Notes: generated from the letters alone by a model not told the origin. Positions 26,750 to 42,697 are shown, counted from the stretch's first letter. The stretch: 64,000 nt of DNA from Candidatus Stammera capleta (GCA_036751175.1 CP144859.1:167081-231080); one strand, 5' to 3'. Made by a program: numbers and translations.

Positions 26750-26899
26750 TTATTTATTTTTATCAAAATTTATAATATGATGATATAAAGAAAATTTACC
26801 TATTTTTTTATTAAAAAATAAATTAGGTAATTTTAAACTTTTATGAGATCTACGATGACCTCTTCTAGATCTACTTTTTTTACTTTTTTGTACTGCCAT
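26750..26899 (-). CDS. rpmF: 50S ribosomal protein L32
   Basis: MAVQKSKKSRSRRGHRRSHKSL.. with GGAG 8 nt upstream of the start. Too short for the ORF track. Confidence 0.9.
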   Translation of the reverse strand: MAVQKSKKSRSRRGHRRSHKSLKLPNLFFNKKIGKFSLYHHIINFDKNK

Positions 26900-26913
26900 A
26901 ATAATTCTCCAAA

Positions 26914-27834
26914 TTAATAATTTAATTTAATTAATTTTTTTAAAATTAAAGATAATTTTTTATCTAAATTAAGACAAACTACATTTTTTTTTTTAAAAAT
27001 AGGATGAAAATAACAAATATAATAAGCATGTAAAAACAACCTATTAATTTTAATTTTATTTAAAAGTAATTTATCTAATTTTTTATTACCATAAATATTA
27101 TCAAATACAATAGGAAAACCTAAATAACTTGTATGTAATCTAATTTGATGATTACGACCTGTTATTGTTTGAACAGATAATAAAGTAAAATTATTTATAT
27201 ATTTTAATATTATAAAATTAGTTTGAGATATTTTTTTTTTATTTTTCTTATTATATATAATTTTTCTTATTGTTTTAATATTTTTAGGTCAAAATCCATG
27301 AACTAAAATAAAATATTTTTTAATTACTTTACTATTTTTAAAATCACTTTGTAATTTACATAAAATTTTTCTATTTTTAGCTAATAATAATATACCAGAA
27401 GAACATTTATCTATACGATGAATTAACTCTAAATATTTTTGATTATATATACCATATTTAAAAATATCAATTATATTAATATTTATATCTGTACCACCAT
27501 GTACAGATATACCATAAGGTTTATTAATAATTAACAAAAAATCATCTTCATATATAATTGTTTTTTTAAATTTTAAAATATTTTTTTTACTTATATATAC
27601 ACATTTTTTATCATTATTAAAATCTACTAAAGGTATACGAATAATATCATTAATTTTTAATTTATATTTTGGTAAAATACGTTTTTTATTAACTCTAATA
27701 TTACCTTTACGTAATAAAGAATATATTTTATTTTTAGATAAACATCTTATTTTTTTAAATAAAAAATTATCAATTCTTTGATTAACAGAATAAATATCAA
27801 TAGTAATAAAATTTAAAAAAAATTTTTTTATCAT
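26914..27834 (-). CDS. rluC: 23S rRNA pseudouridine synthase (RluC-like)
   Basis: Track fragment 27289-27834 continues through TGA. S4-like N-terminus, HRIDKCSSGILLLAK, ITGRNHQIRLH. Divergent from rne, as in E. coli. Confidence 0.82.
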
Positions 27835-27982
27835 ATTAATATTATAAATAATTTAAAATAAAAGTATTAATAATTTTATATAAATATATAAAATAAATAT
27901 ATGTAATAATAAATATTTAAAATTAAATAAATATATAAAATTATTTAATAATATTTATATAAAATAAATTTGAGAAGTAAAA

Positions 27983-29734
27983 ATGAAAAGAATGTTAATT
28001 AATGCAACACAAAAAGAAGAATTACGTATAGCTTTAGTAGATGGACAAAAATTATATGATTTAAATATAGAAAATACAAGATATAAAAAAAAAAAATTAA
28101 ATATATATAAAGGTAAAATAACTAGAATAGAACCAAGTTTAGAAGCTGTATTTATAGATTATGGATCAAAAAAAAATGGTTTTTTACCAATTAAAGAAAT
28201 TTCAGAAAAATATTTAAATAAAAAAGAACAAAATATTAAAAATATATTATATGAAGGAAAAGAATTAATAGTACAAATATATAAAGATGAAAGAGAAAAT
28301 AAAGGAGCAGCATTAACTACATTTGTTAGTTTAGTAGGAAATAATTTAATATTATTACCTAATAATCCTAAATCTACTGGTATATCACGTAGAATAGAAG
28401 GTAAAGAAAGAGATAAAATAAAATTAAAATTAAAAAAAATAAATTTACCTTCTAATATGGGTTTAATAATAAGAACATCAGGAATAAATAAATCTTTAGA
28501 AACATTAAAATTAGATATACAATCAACACTTAAACACTGAGAATATATAAAAAAAATAGCTCAAAAAAAAAAAGCACCATATTTAATATATCAAGAAAAT
28601 AATATTTTTACTCGTATATTTCGAGATTATTTATATAATGATATAAATGAAATTATAATAGATAATTATAAAATTTATGAAATAATAGTAGATCAAATGT
28701 ATAAACTAAAAAAAATTGATTTTATAAAAAAAATAAAATTTTATAAAAAAGATATACCATTATTTATATATTTTCAAATAGAAACACAAATAGAATCTGC
28801 TTTTAAAAGAAAATTAAGATTACCATCAGGAGGATCAATAACTATTGATATTACAGAAGCATTAACATCTATAGATATAAATTCATCAAAATCTACAAAA
28901 AATAAAAACATAGAAAACACAGCATTAAATACAAATTTAGAAGCAACAGAAGAAATAGCTAGACAATTAAGATTAAGAGATGTAGGAGGATTAATAGTAA
29001 TTGATTTTATAGATATGTCTATATTAAAAAATCAAAAAATTATAGAAAATAAACTAAAAAAAAAAATTAAAGAAGATAGAGCTAAAATACAAATAGGATA
29101 TATATCTAAATTTGGTTTATTAGAAATGTCAAGACAAAGATTAAATACATCTTTAAAAGAATCAAGTTATTATATATGTCCTAGATGTTGTGGATCAGGT
29201 AATATAAGAGATAATGAATCCTTATCATTATCTATATTAAGAATAATAGAAGAAAAATCTTTTAAAAAAAATACAAAAAAAATATACGTTACCGTTCCTG
29301 TAATAATAGCATCATATTTACTAAATAAAAAAAGAAATCACTTATATAATATAGAAAAAAAACAAAAAAAAAAAATTAAAATTATTATTATACCTAATAA
29401 AGAAATAGAAACACCTAATTATTCTATTATAAGAATTAAAAATAATAATAAAAAAAAAAACGTAAAAAAAAAAAAAATAAAAAATAATATAAATTATGAA
29501 AATATAAATAATTTAATATTAAAAAAAAAAAAAAAAAATAATGTAATATTTAATATTAAAAAAAAAATTTATGAAAATATAAATACATTTATACATAAAA
29601 TAAAAAAAATTATATTTCAAAATAGAATGAATTATAAAAATAATATAAATAATAATAATTTTTTTTTTTTAAAAAACAATAATTATAAAAAAAAAAAAAA
29701 TAAAAATAAAACTTTTACAAAAAAAATAATTTAA
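27983..29734 (+). CDS. rne: ribonuclease E (catalytic half only)
   Basis: Track fragments 27983-28540 and 28697-29734 share one frame. MKRMLINATQKEELRIALVDGQKLYDLNIE..PSGGSITIDITEALTSIDINS..LRDVGGLIVIDFIDM..CPRCCGSG. 583 aa, against my recollection of about 1060 aa in E. coli. Confidence 0.92.
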
Positions 29735-29736
29735 AT

Positions 29737-32202
<2,466 letters not shown>

Positions 32203-32964
32203 ATGAAAAAAAAAAAATATAAAAAAATAAATTTTAAAAAAAAAATTTACTACTTATACGGAGATAATTTAATTAAAAAAAATAAATATAAAATATTTAT
32301 TAAAAAACAAATTAAAAAAAAATATAAAAAAATTACTACTATTAACATAGTAGTTAATAAAAATATAAACTGAAAAGATATATATGAAAAAATATTTTTT
32401 AAAGATTTTTTTTTTCAAGTTAAAATAATTACTATAAATTTTATAGAAGAAATAAAAAATATAAATAAATTAATTATAAATAATATTATAAATAAAAATT
32501 TTATAAAAAAAAATAAAAAAATATTTATAATATTTAATATAGAATACATAAATTTTTTATCATTAATAGAAATAAATAAATTTAAAAAATATTATTTTAT
32601 TAAAATAATAAAATGTACTAATAATAACATAGAAAAAAAATACAATAATAAAATAATAGAAGATAAATATAAAAATAATAAAATATTAAAATTATGAATA
32701 AAATCAATAAAAAAAAAAAATATATTTAAAAATACATATATACTAAAAAAAATAAAAAAAAAAAAAATTAATAAAATAATTATTTTAAATATTCTATTTA
32801 AATTTATAAAAAAAAATATTAATAATTTTAATAAAAAAAATTTAATATATATATTAAAATTAATTCAAAAATATGATTTTAATATTAAAAAAAATATTAA
32901 TATATCTTGAATTAATTTTAATATAATATCTTGATATATAATAAAAACAATTAATTTATCTTAA
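32203..32964 (+). CDS. holA: DNA polymerase III delta subunit (short, divergent)
   Basis: A 253-aa table-4 ORF starting immediately after the leuS stop. IYYLYGDNLIKKNKY..NINWKDIYEKI..FFFQVKIITINF loosely parallels HolA AYLLLGNDPLLLQES..NTDWNAIFSLC..LFASRQTLLLLL. The position matches leuS-(lptE)-holA. Confidence 0.6.
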
Positions 32965-33573
32965 AAAATTTTTTATACCTAATAAAATTATTTGTATACC
33001 AAAAGTTAATAAAATAACAGAAAATATTTTATTAAAAAGTATAATAATAAAATCAGAAAAATAATTTTTAAAAAAATAAACTAACTCAAAAAAAAACCAA
33101 CAAAAAAAACAAAATAATGCTATAAATATAATAGAAAGAAAATATTCTAAAAAATTATTACAATAATTACTGTAACTAATTAACATTGTAATAGAACTAG
33201 GACCAGCCATTAATGGAAAAGATATTGGTGTAAGTAATTTTATAAAATTAATATTTTTTTTAAAAGAAATATTATTTTTATTGTTATTTGAATAATCATT
33301 AATAATATTAAAAGAACTTAAAGAAATTAATAAACCACCTGTAATTTGTAAAACATTAATATTTAAATCAAAAAACATTAAAAATTTATCTCCAAATAAA
33401 AACATAAATGATAATATTAAAAACATTATTAAATTAATATAAATATTAAATTTTTTTCTTTCATTTTTTTTAATATTATCTATAGAAAAAATAAATATAG
33501 GAATTAATCCTATAGGATTAATTAACATAAATAACTTTATTAAAAGCTTTATATACTGAAAATAATTAAACAT
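32956..33573 (-). CDS. MarC/UPF0056 family inner-membrane protein
   Basis: Intact 205-aa polytopic ORF. INPIGLIPIF..ITGGLLI..PISFPLMAGPSSIT matches the MarC-family pattern NP.G..P.F / aGG / P.a.PllaGPGaI. Confidence 0.65.
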   Translation of the reverse strand: MFNYFQYIKLLIKLFMLINPIGLIPIFIFSIDNIKKNERKKFNIYINLIMFLILSFMFLFGDKFLMFFDLNINVLQITGGLLISLSSFNIINDYSNNNKNNISFKKNINFIKLLTPISFPLMAGPSSITMLISYSNYCNNFLEYFLSIIFIALFCFFCWFFFELVYFFKNYFSDFIIILFNKIFSVILLTFGIQIILLGIKNFLR

Positions 33574-33586
33574 AAAAATTTAAATT

Positions 33587-35446
33587 TTAAATTAATAATT
33601 TATTTGATATATTAGTAAAAACATTTTTTTTTTTATTTATACTAGATAAAAAAATATTTTTATTAGCATAAATAGTAATTTTTTTTTTAGCACGAGTAAG
33701 AGCTGTATAAATTAATTCTCTATTTAATAAAGAAGAAAAATAATTTGGTAATATTAATAATATATGTTTAAATTCAGAACCTTGTGATTTATGTACAGTA
33801 ATTGCTCATGTATTATTTCAATTATTTAAATTTAAATAATAAACAAATCTATTGTTTTTTAAATAATTTAAAAATAATAATTTTAATTTATTATCAATAA
33901 AAATAAAAAAACCTATATCTCCATTAAATAATTTTAAATCATTATTATTTTTAGTTATTATAATAGGTTCACCCATATAATGATAACAATTGGAATTAGA
34001 AATATATAATATATTTTTAACTAAATTATTTTTTAAAAAATAATTATTTATATATTTATTTAAAAAATTAATACCATAAAAAGTTTTTTTTATAACCGAA
34101 ATAATTTGAAATTTATTAAATATATTTCATATTTTATTTAAATTAAATTTAAAATTTATAAAATTAATATATTTCATATAATTTTCTATACAAAAATTTA
34201 ATAAAAAAGAAAAATTATATTTTTCAGAATCATAAAACAAAAAATTATTTTTAAAATTATTTTCATATAAAAATTTATCTATATGATTTATATAACCTAA
34301 TTTAATAAAATTAAGAAATTTATATAAAAATATATTTTTTTTAAAACGATAATTTTTTTTTAAAAAAGAAATTTTATTAAGATAAGATATATAAATATCA
34401 TATTTATTACTAAAATTTAAAACATTTAAAAATATTTTTTTAAGTATTTTACTTTTAATTTTAAAATCATTAATACAAAAATTACAAATTTCGTTAAAAA
34501 ATGAACTAGATTCTATAGAACCTATTTGATTACTATCACCTAAAAATATAATTTTTTTAATATATTTTAATGAAGAAAATAAATAAAAAGCTAAAGATAT
34601 ATCAATCATAGATGATTCATCAATAATTAAAATACTAACATTATCATTATTATTTGAAACAATATTTTTATTATAATTAAAACCTAAAAATTTATGTATA
34701 GTAGTAGCCTTTGTAGGTATTTTTTTTTTAATAGAAGAATTAATATTTAATAAATAATAATTTTTTTTTAAAGAAAAAGTAATATTAGATGCTGATTTAC
34801 CAGTAAAAGAGATAATTTTTATACAATCACTATATTTATAGTGAAATATTTTATATAAAATTAAAATTAATTTAGATATTAAAGTAGTTTTACCTGTACC
34901 TGGACCACCAGAAATAAAAGAAATTTTATTTAAAATAACATTCATAACAGAAATTTTTTGATAAATATCTAAATTAAATTTATTAAATAATTTAAATAAT
35001 AATATTTTATCTATATAAATATTTTTTTTTTTAAAAAAATTTAAATTTAAAAAATTTACAACATATTCTTCATACATTCATAATTTATATAAATAAATAC
35101 AATTATTATAAAAAATTAAAGGTGTAGATTTACAATAATAATATTTACTTAAAACATTAAATTTAAATAATATTTCTATACAATTTTCTATTGATATATA
35201 TCTTTTAAAAAAATATTCTAAAAAATTTAAAATATATTTAGGAAATATATTTTCATATAATAATTTAAATAAAGGTAAACAGGTATTACCTAATCTACTT
35301 GTTAAACTAACTAACATAGAAAATAGCATTATTATATCAGATTCAAAATCATTAAATTCAAATATTTTAGCAAAATACATATCTATTAAACTAATTTTTT
35401 TTTTTTTTAAACATTTATACATAAACAAATTAATTTCACTTAACAT
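33587..35446 (-). CDS. recD: exodeoxyribonuclease V alpha subunit
   Basis: Track fragments 34127-35077 and 35078-35446 plus 33587-34126 form one frame. [59 protein letters not shown]. 619 aa. Confidence 0.9.
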
Positions 35447-35451
35447 TATAT

Positions 35452-38400
35452 TTATACTTTTTTAAAAAAAATATTTAACTTACGAATTAATAAATAACTA
35501 GGTTTAGTATAAAATACACCTGTTACAGAATTATTTTTATTATCTAAAAATAATCCACGTAAAAATATATAATATATACCACCAAAATGAATATCATAAT
35601 TATAATATTTAATATTTAATTTTAAATAATTATGTAAAGCTAAAGTATACAATATATATTGTATATCATAACGATGTAAACAAATAATTTTATATAAATA
35701 TTTATTATAATAATCAATATAATTATCACCTAATCAATTAGATTTATAATCAATTATAAAATATTTATTTTTATAAATAAACAATAAATCAATTATACCA
35801 TTTACAAAACCTTTAATATTATTTATATTAAAACTAATATTATTACATAATCTAGATATATAATTATATTTATAAATAATATTAATAAATTTATTTAAAT
35901 CTAAAATATTTAATATAGATAAAAAAAAATCAAATTCTTTACAAAAAATAAAAATTTTTTTATTAATAATATTAATAGAATTATTAATTAAATTAACATT
36001 TAAAAAATTATATAAAATTTTTTTTACATAAAAAAATCATTTTTTAGAAATATTAAATTTTAACATATAATATAAAATTATATTTTTATCTAATAAATTT
36101 AAAAAATCATTTTCTTCTAAAATTTTATGAAAAAAATTACCAATATTTTTACCTTTAGGTAATTTTTTTTTTTTTTTAATACAATATAAATTACTAATAT
36201 CTAAAAAATTATTTTTTTTAAACTTAGAAGAGATAATTTTAGAAAAATTTAAAATACATTTTTTATTATTAAAATGTAAAAATTTATTTTTTTTTTTTTT
36301 TACTTTTTTTTCTTTTATAAAAAAAAAATCTTTATTTTTAAAATATTTATAATCTAAAAAATTAAAATATATATATTTAAAATTTATATTTTTATTTATA
36401 ATTTTTTTAATTTCACTAAAATTATAGTTATTATTACTACCTATTAATTTACCTAAATATGTAAAACAAAATTTTTTATTTTTATTATTTAATATTTCAT
36501 ATAAAAAAATATTACATTGATATATAGATCTTGTTATAGCAACATAAAATAAACGCATCTCTTCAGATTCAATTTCTTCATTTAAAAAAAAAATATTTTT
36601 ATTTAATTTATATAAATCTATATTTAATCTAAAATTTTTTCTATTATAAAATGAAAAATAATTATTATTAACTTTAAAATTTATAATAAATGGTAACCAA
36701 ACAATATTATATTGTAATCCTTTAGATTTATGTATAGTAGAAATTTTAATACCATTATCTTTGTTTAAAGATCTAATATAAAAATCTTTTTTTTCTTTAT
36801 TAATATCTAAAATATTATCATTTAATCAATTAACTAATAATAATTTATTTTTCAATCTATAATTTTTTTTTTCTAATATTTCACTAATATGAAATATATT
36901 ATTAAACCAAAATTCATTTTTATTAGATAAATATTTTTTTTTTTTATTTTTTTTTAAAATATAATTAATCATAACTAAAATACCATCTTTATCTCAAATA
37001 TTTCTATAAATATAAAAATCATTAATTCATCTATCTAAAATAAATTTATTATTTATAATATTTTTAATAAAAATAAAATCAAAATTAAAAAAAGAAGTGG
37101 ATAAAAAACTACTTAACAATGTATGAGATTCAGGATTTAATATAGATTTTAATAAAAAAAACATTTCTTTAGCTTCATTAGTATGAAAAACATTACTTTT
37201 TTCTAAAATAGAATTAATAGGTAAATTAAATTTTTGTAAAACATTAAAAATTAATTTAACTTCATAATTAGTATGAACTAAAATTGCTATATCTGAAGGT
37301 AAAATGAATTTTTTATATATACCATTATATAAAAATATTTTTTTTTTTTTATTTAATAATTTACATATATTAAAAGCACATATTTTAGCTAAATTTAATC
37401 TTCAATTTTTTTTATTTAAATTTTTTAACACATAAAAATTAATTGAAGGAACTATATTATTTTTTTTAATTAAATTAAAATTATTTTTAAAAGAAAAATT
37501 TGTACTTAAGTACTTAATTTCATTTAAAATAAAAGGATTATTAATTTTATTAAACAAAAAATTAATACTTTTGACAAAATTAATTGAAGAACGTCAATTT
37601 GTATTTAAAGTATATAAAAAATTTATATTTTTTTTAGATTTTATATAATTAAAAATATTAGCACCTCTAAATGTATAAATAGATTGTTTAGGATCACCAA
37701 TTAATATTAATTTAGTATTAAATTTAGAATATTTATCTATATATATTTTACGAAATATATTGTATTGTAAAAAATCAGTATCCTGAAATTCATCAATTAA
37801 TAATATTGGAAAATTTTTTCTTATTAAATTAACTAATAAATTATTTTTATTTTTAAATAAAATTTTATTAAATTTAATTATTAAATCATTAAAACTTAAA
37901 TATTCTTTTTTTTTTTTAATTTTTAAAATTTTTTTTCTAATATATTTAATACAAAATATAATTATAAAATTACGTAAATCTTTAATTTTTAAAAAAATTT
38001 TATCTATATATTTAAATAATTTATAAAAATTTAAAAAATTTATTTTTCTACATTTTTTTTTTAAATTAATAAAACTTATTTTTTTTAAAAAATAAGGTAC
38101 GTAAAAATCTAATGTTTCACTTTTACATCACAATTTTATTTTAAAAAAAAAATCATTAATTTTAAATAAATTAAATACTTTATTTTTAGAAATTAAAAAA
38201 TTATAAATACATTTATAATTTAATAATCATAATTTTTTAAATTTATTAATAAAAATTATTATTTTATTATAACAATCTTCTATAGATAAATATTTACCTA
38301 TTTTATTAAAAGAAAAAAACATAAAATTTCATATAGGTAATATAAAATTAAATAATTTTTTTGGATTAGATCAATAATTAGAAATAATTTTAATTAAATT

Positions 38401-38919
38401 AATTGATAATGAACTAAAATATTTACGCCAAAAAATAATTATTATTTCATAAATTAAATTACTTTCATTATCTATAATAGTACTATTACAATTAATATTA
38501 GATTCAATAAAATTAGAAAAAATAATTTTTTTACAAAAACTATGTATAGTAAATATAGAAATATTATCTATAGTATATTCATATTTAGTTAATACATCTA
38601 TTATATTAGGAATATCTTTAATAAAAAAATAAAATTCTTCTATTACATTATTAACAGGATATTTTTTAACACAAGATAATCGTAAATCTCTTATATTATT
38701 TAATATTCTAATTTTTATTTCTAAAGTAGCTACATCAGTAAAAGTTACAATTAAAATATTATGTAATAATAAATTAGAAAAATATTTTTCTACATTAATA
38801 CCTAATAATAAACGTAAATATAATAAAGATACTAAATTTGTTTTACCTGTACCAGCAGAAGATTCAATTAAATTACTTTTACCTAAATACATGTTTAAAA
38901 AATTATTTTCTATATACAT
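35452..38919 (-). CDS. recB: exodeoxyribonuclease V beta subunit
   Basis: Track fragments 35452-35652, 36037-36558 and 38371-38919 share one frame. I found only TGA and no TAA or TAG between them. SAGTGKTN, FTIHSFC, RLFYVAITR, and the nuclease motif IIDYKSNW..RYDIQYILYTLALHNYL. 1155 aa. Confidence 0.9.
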
Positions 38920-38926
38920 ATATATA

Positions 38927-41900
38927 CTAAATATTTAAAATTAAATAACTAAACATATCAAATAATCACTGTTCTGATCTATAAATAACAAAATCTAAAT
39001 TAATATTTAAATTAAATTTTTTTATATAATTTAAAATATATATATCACATAACTCACCATTCATAAAATAATTACCATATAATGTATTTCATAACTTATC
39101 TTTAGCTTTATTAAGTAAAATATTATTTAAAATTTTTTTATTTTCAAAATTATAAGCATTTAAAATTCAAACATTACTTGATTTAGGTAAAAAAAAAATA
39201 TTTTTACTATTAAAATAATAGTAATAAATTATATATTTATATAAATATTTTTCAGATAAATTTTTATTTATATAAGGAAAACTCCATAAACCATTATAAC
39301 CATATAATGTACTACTATTTTTTCCACCTAAACAACAATATATTAAATGTTCAATTCAAAATATTAAAGTATCTATTAAACTAATATTTTTAGGTAATCA
39401 TTTAATAACATTATTTTTATATAAATTAATAGTACCATATAAATTAAAATCATATATCTTATAAAAAAAATTATATTTTTTAATATTAAAAACAAATTTT
39501 TTAATTTTATTAGCTAATAAAAATATATTTTTTTTTTCTTTATCTCATAATATTTTTCCAAAAGAACTAACAGGAAACAAATTTAAAGATTGTAAATAAA
39601 ACATAATTTTATCATCTATAAAATTATATTTTAAAAAAAAAATTATTAAATCAAATCTAAAAAAGTAAAATTTTTTTATATTTAATTTAAAAAAATTATC
39701 ATAATCATTAATTTTATTAAAAATAAAATAATTAATTTTTAAAAAAAAAAACATTCAATATCTAATTGGATTAGATAAAAAAAAACAAAATTTACTAAAT
39801 AAAATTTTTTTATTTTTTTTAAATTTAATTAAAAAATTATTATTAATTTTATTAATAAATATTTTCTTTTTAAATAAAAATTTATATTGATTTTTTTTTT
39901 TTTTTTTATTAATATTTAAATATTTTTTACCTAAATAATTAATTAAATTACTTACTAAAATAGAAGGAAATAATTTTACATATTTTAAAGAAGAAAAATT
40001 TAGATAACTTATATATACTTGTTTTTGAGATGATAATAATAATTTTATAAAAATAAATTTATCATAATTTAATTTATTATTATCTCCTAATCTAGGATTA
40101 GAATAAATTAAATCAAAACTATAATTTAATATATTTTTAGGATAAATATTATCATTCATACCTAAAAAACAAATTATTTTAAAAGGTATACCATGTAAAG
40201 TTATAAAAGAACAAAAATTTATATGACTTAAAGAATATTGTTTACTTTTTTTTTTATTTAAAAAATCAACAAAAATTTTAATAAATAAATTAATTTTAAT
40301 TTTTTTTTTAAAAAAAAATAATTTATATTTTTCATATAAATTAAATCAAACATTATAATTTAAAAAAAAATTTTTTTCTATAATATTTTTAGAAAAAAAA
40401 ATATTTAAAAAATTTTTACAAATATCTATTCAATAACTAAAAAAATATTTTTTATTTAAAATATCTTTTCAATAAAAAATTTTAAACACAAAATCTGATA
40501 ATTTACCTATTAATTTATGAAAATAATTATTATCTATTGTAGAATAAGAAAATATTTTATTTCAAAAAAAATATTTATTATTAACAGCATAACCTAATAA
40601 TATACGTTTAATACCATTTAATAATATTAAATGGTCAAACTTATATAAATTATCATCAACTAAAAAATTATTGATATCAGCACATATACCATCATCTTTA
40701 ATAAAATTTGAAATAATATTAAATTCATTAATACTAATATTAAATTTATCTAAAAAAACTTTATTTTTTAAAAAATATAAAATTTTACTAAAAGTAAATT
40801 TAGTATTTAAAATATTTAACAAATTTATAAATAAATTTAATATTTTATTATCAAAAATTAAATTTTTACTCATAATATTAAAAGGTAAATATTTTTTACA
40901 TACACTTTCAGAAAAAATAGAATAAATATATGGATAGTATATATTTATATCACTAACTACAACTAATATATCACTAACATAATATTTTTTTTTTTTAATT
41001 AAATTTAATAAAAAATTTTTTAATTTTAAAACTTCATTAATATAATTATTAGAAGTAACTATAATAAAAGAATTATGTTTATTATATTTTTTTACTAAAG
41101 ACTCATTAAAAATAAAAGTATTTTTAAAATTTAAAACATCATTTTTAATGATATTTAATAAATTTTTTTTATTAAATTTAACAAAACAATCTATTTCATA
41201 CATATTAAATTCTTTTAATAAAAAAAAATATTCATAAAAAAATTCACAACTATTTATTAATAATGGATTTAATTTATATAAAAAAAAATTATAATTATTT
41301 AAAACATTTTTATTAAATATAAAATTATCATATCAATATTTAGAACTAGGATTAATAATAAAATAATGTATATTAATATATTTAGACAATAAATAAATAG
41401 TATTTAAATATATTGGAGGTAAATAAGAAATATTAAATATAAATAATTCAGATATATACTTTTTTAAAATAAATAAATTATTTTTATTAATTAAACTTAA
41501 AAATTTATAATAAATTTTACATCTATTTCAAACAAAATTAAAATTTTTACGATAATAACAAATTATTTTTCTTCATAAAATAGATTGTCATAATTGATGA
41601 ATATTATCGTTTAAATTATCTATTAACTGATATTTTTCTCATTTATATAATCAATCAACACGATACATTAAATATTTATCAAAAATATCAGCAATTTTAT
41701 AAGATAAATTATATAATTTTATATAATCAAAATCATTTAATAAATATTTTTTTAATATATTAAATTCATTTAAAATTAATAATTTAGGTAACAAATTCAT
41801 AATAACAAAAACTAAATTATTTTTTTTAAAAAAATAATTATTAGATATTTCAGGAATAAATTTTTTATAAATATTTCATATAAATTTAGCTGGTAATATA

Positions 41901-42079
41901 AAATTAAAATTAGCACAAATACCTAATTCTTTAGATAAAAACATTTTTAAAAACAATGATGAATTATGATCAGAAATTAATATTGTGTAATTATTAATTT
42001 TTTTTTTTTTTTTTTTAAATTTATATAGCATAATATGTTGTAATACTTCTAAATCATTTGATTGATATAATATAAACAT
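38927..42079 (-). CDS. recC: exodeoxyribonuclease V gamma subunit
   Basis: Track fragments 39545-39754, 39755-40159, 40562-41203 and 41876-42103 share one frame, interrupted only by TGA. MFILYQSNDLEVLQHIM..LGICANFNFILPAKFIW parallels E. coli MLRVYHSNRLDVL..FGIAANIDFPLPASFIW. I prefer ATG 42079 over the track TTG at 42103. Confidence 0.88.
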
Positions 42080-42096
42080 ACGTAAATTAAAATAAT

Positions 42097-42573
42097 TTAA
42101 CAAAATAAAAATAATAATAAAAATAAAATATATAAAAAATATTTAATTATTTTATTGTAAAACAAAAATCATAAAGGAAACTTTACTTTAATATAAAAAG
42201 GTCAAAAAAAATATATTCCTTTAAATGAAAATATATCCGCTATAATGTGACTTAAATAACCTATTATTGAACCAATAATTATATCTAAATTTATATTTAA
42301 TTTTTTAAAGTTACAATAAAATAAAAAAAAAGAAAAAATAATTAAAGATAAAAAACTATGTGTAAATTTTCTATGACTAAAAAAATTTAATCAAGATAAA
42401 AAAAAAAAATTACAATTTAAAAAAGATCTTTTATGATCTATATCTGGTAATAAACATGAAATTAAACTAAAAAATATCACATGTCATAAATCTATATAAA
42501 TAAAAATATTAAATATTTTTATAAAAAAAAATACAAAAAAAAATGAAAAAAATAAATGATTTTTAAAATTCAC
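42097..42573 (-). CDS. ydjM: YdjM-like membrane-bound metal-dependent hydrolase (DUF457)
   Basis: A table-4 ORF with no ATG; the proposed start is GTG 42573. DLWHVIFFSLISCLLPDIDHKRSFLN..SHRKFTHSFLSL..GYLSHIIADIFS..FFWPF parallels E. coli YdjM WWHIVPSAILTCLLPDIDHPKSFLG..GHRGFTHSLL..GYLSHILADMLT..LLWP. Confidence 0.55.
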
Positions 42574-42650
42574 AAAAATTTACCAAAATTTACTAAATAA
42601 TAATAAACATATTATTAATATATATAAAAACTTAAACAAAATAATATAAC

Positions 42651-42686
42651 AATTATTATTATATAATATATTATATAATAATAATT
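42651..42686. repeat. perfect 36-bp palindrome (18+18) abutting the thrS Shine-Dalgarno sequence
   Basis: AATTATTATTATATAATA|TATTATATAATAATAATT equals its own reverse complement. The flanking C 42650 and A 42687 break it. AAGGA follows at 42687-42691, and the thrS ATG is at 42698. Confidence 0.9.
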
Positions 42687-42697
42687 AAGGATTTAAA

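Noticed and set aside
34083-34091. A suspected frameshift at an A9/T9 tract in recD.
   Set aside because: A careful recount (four Ts follow the C) keeps the frame open: ..[16 protein letters not shown].. and on to [10 protein letters not shown] and TAA 33587-33589.
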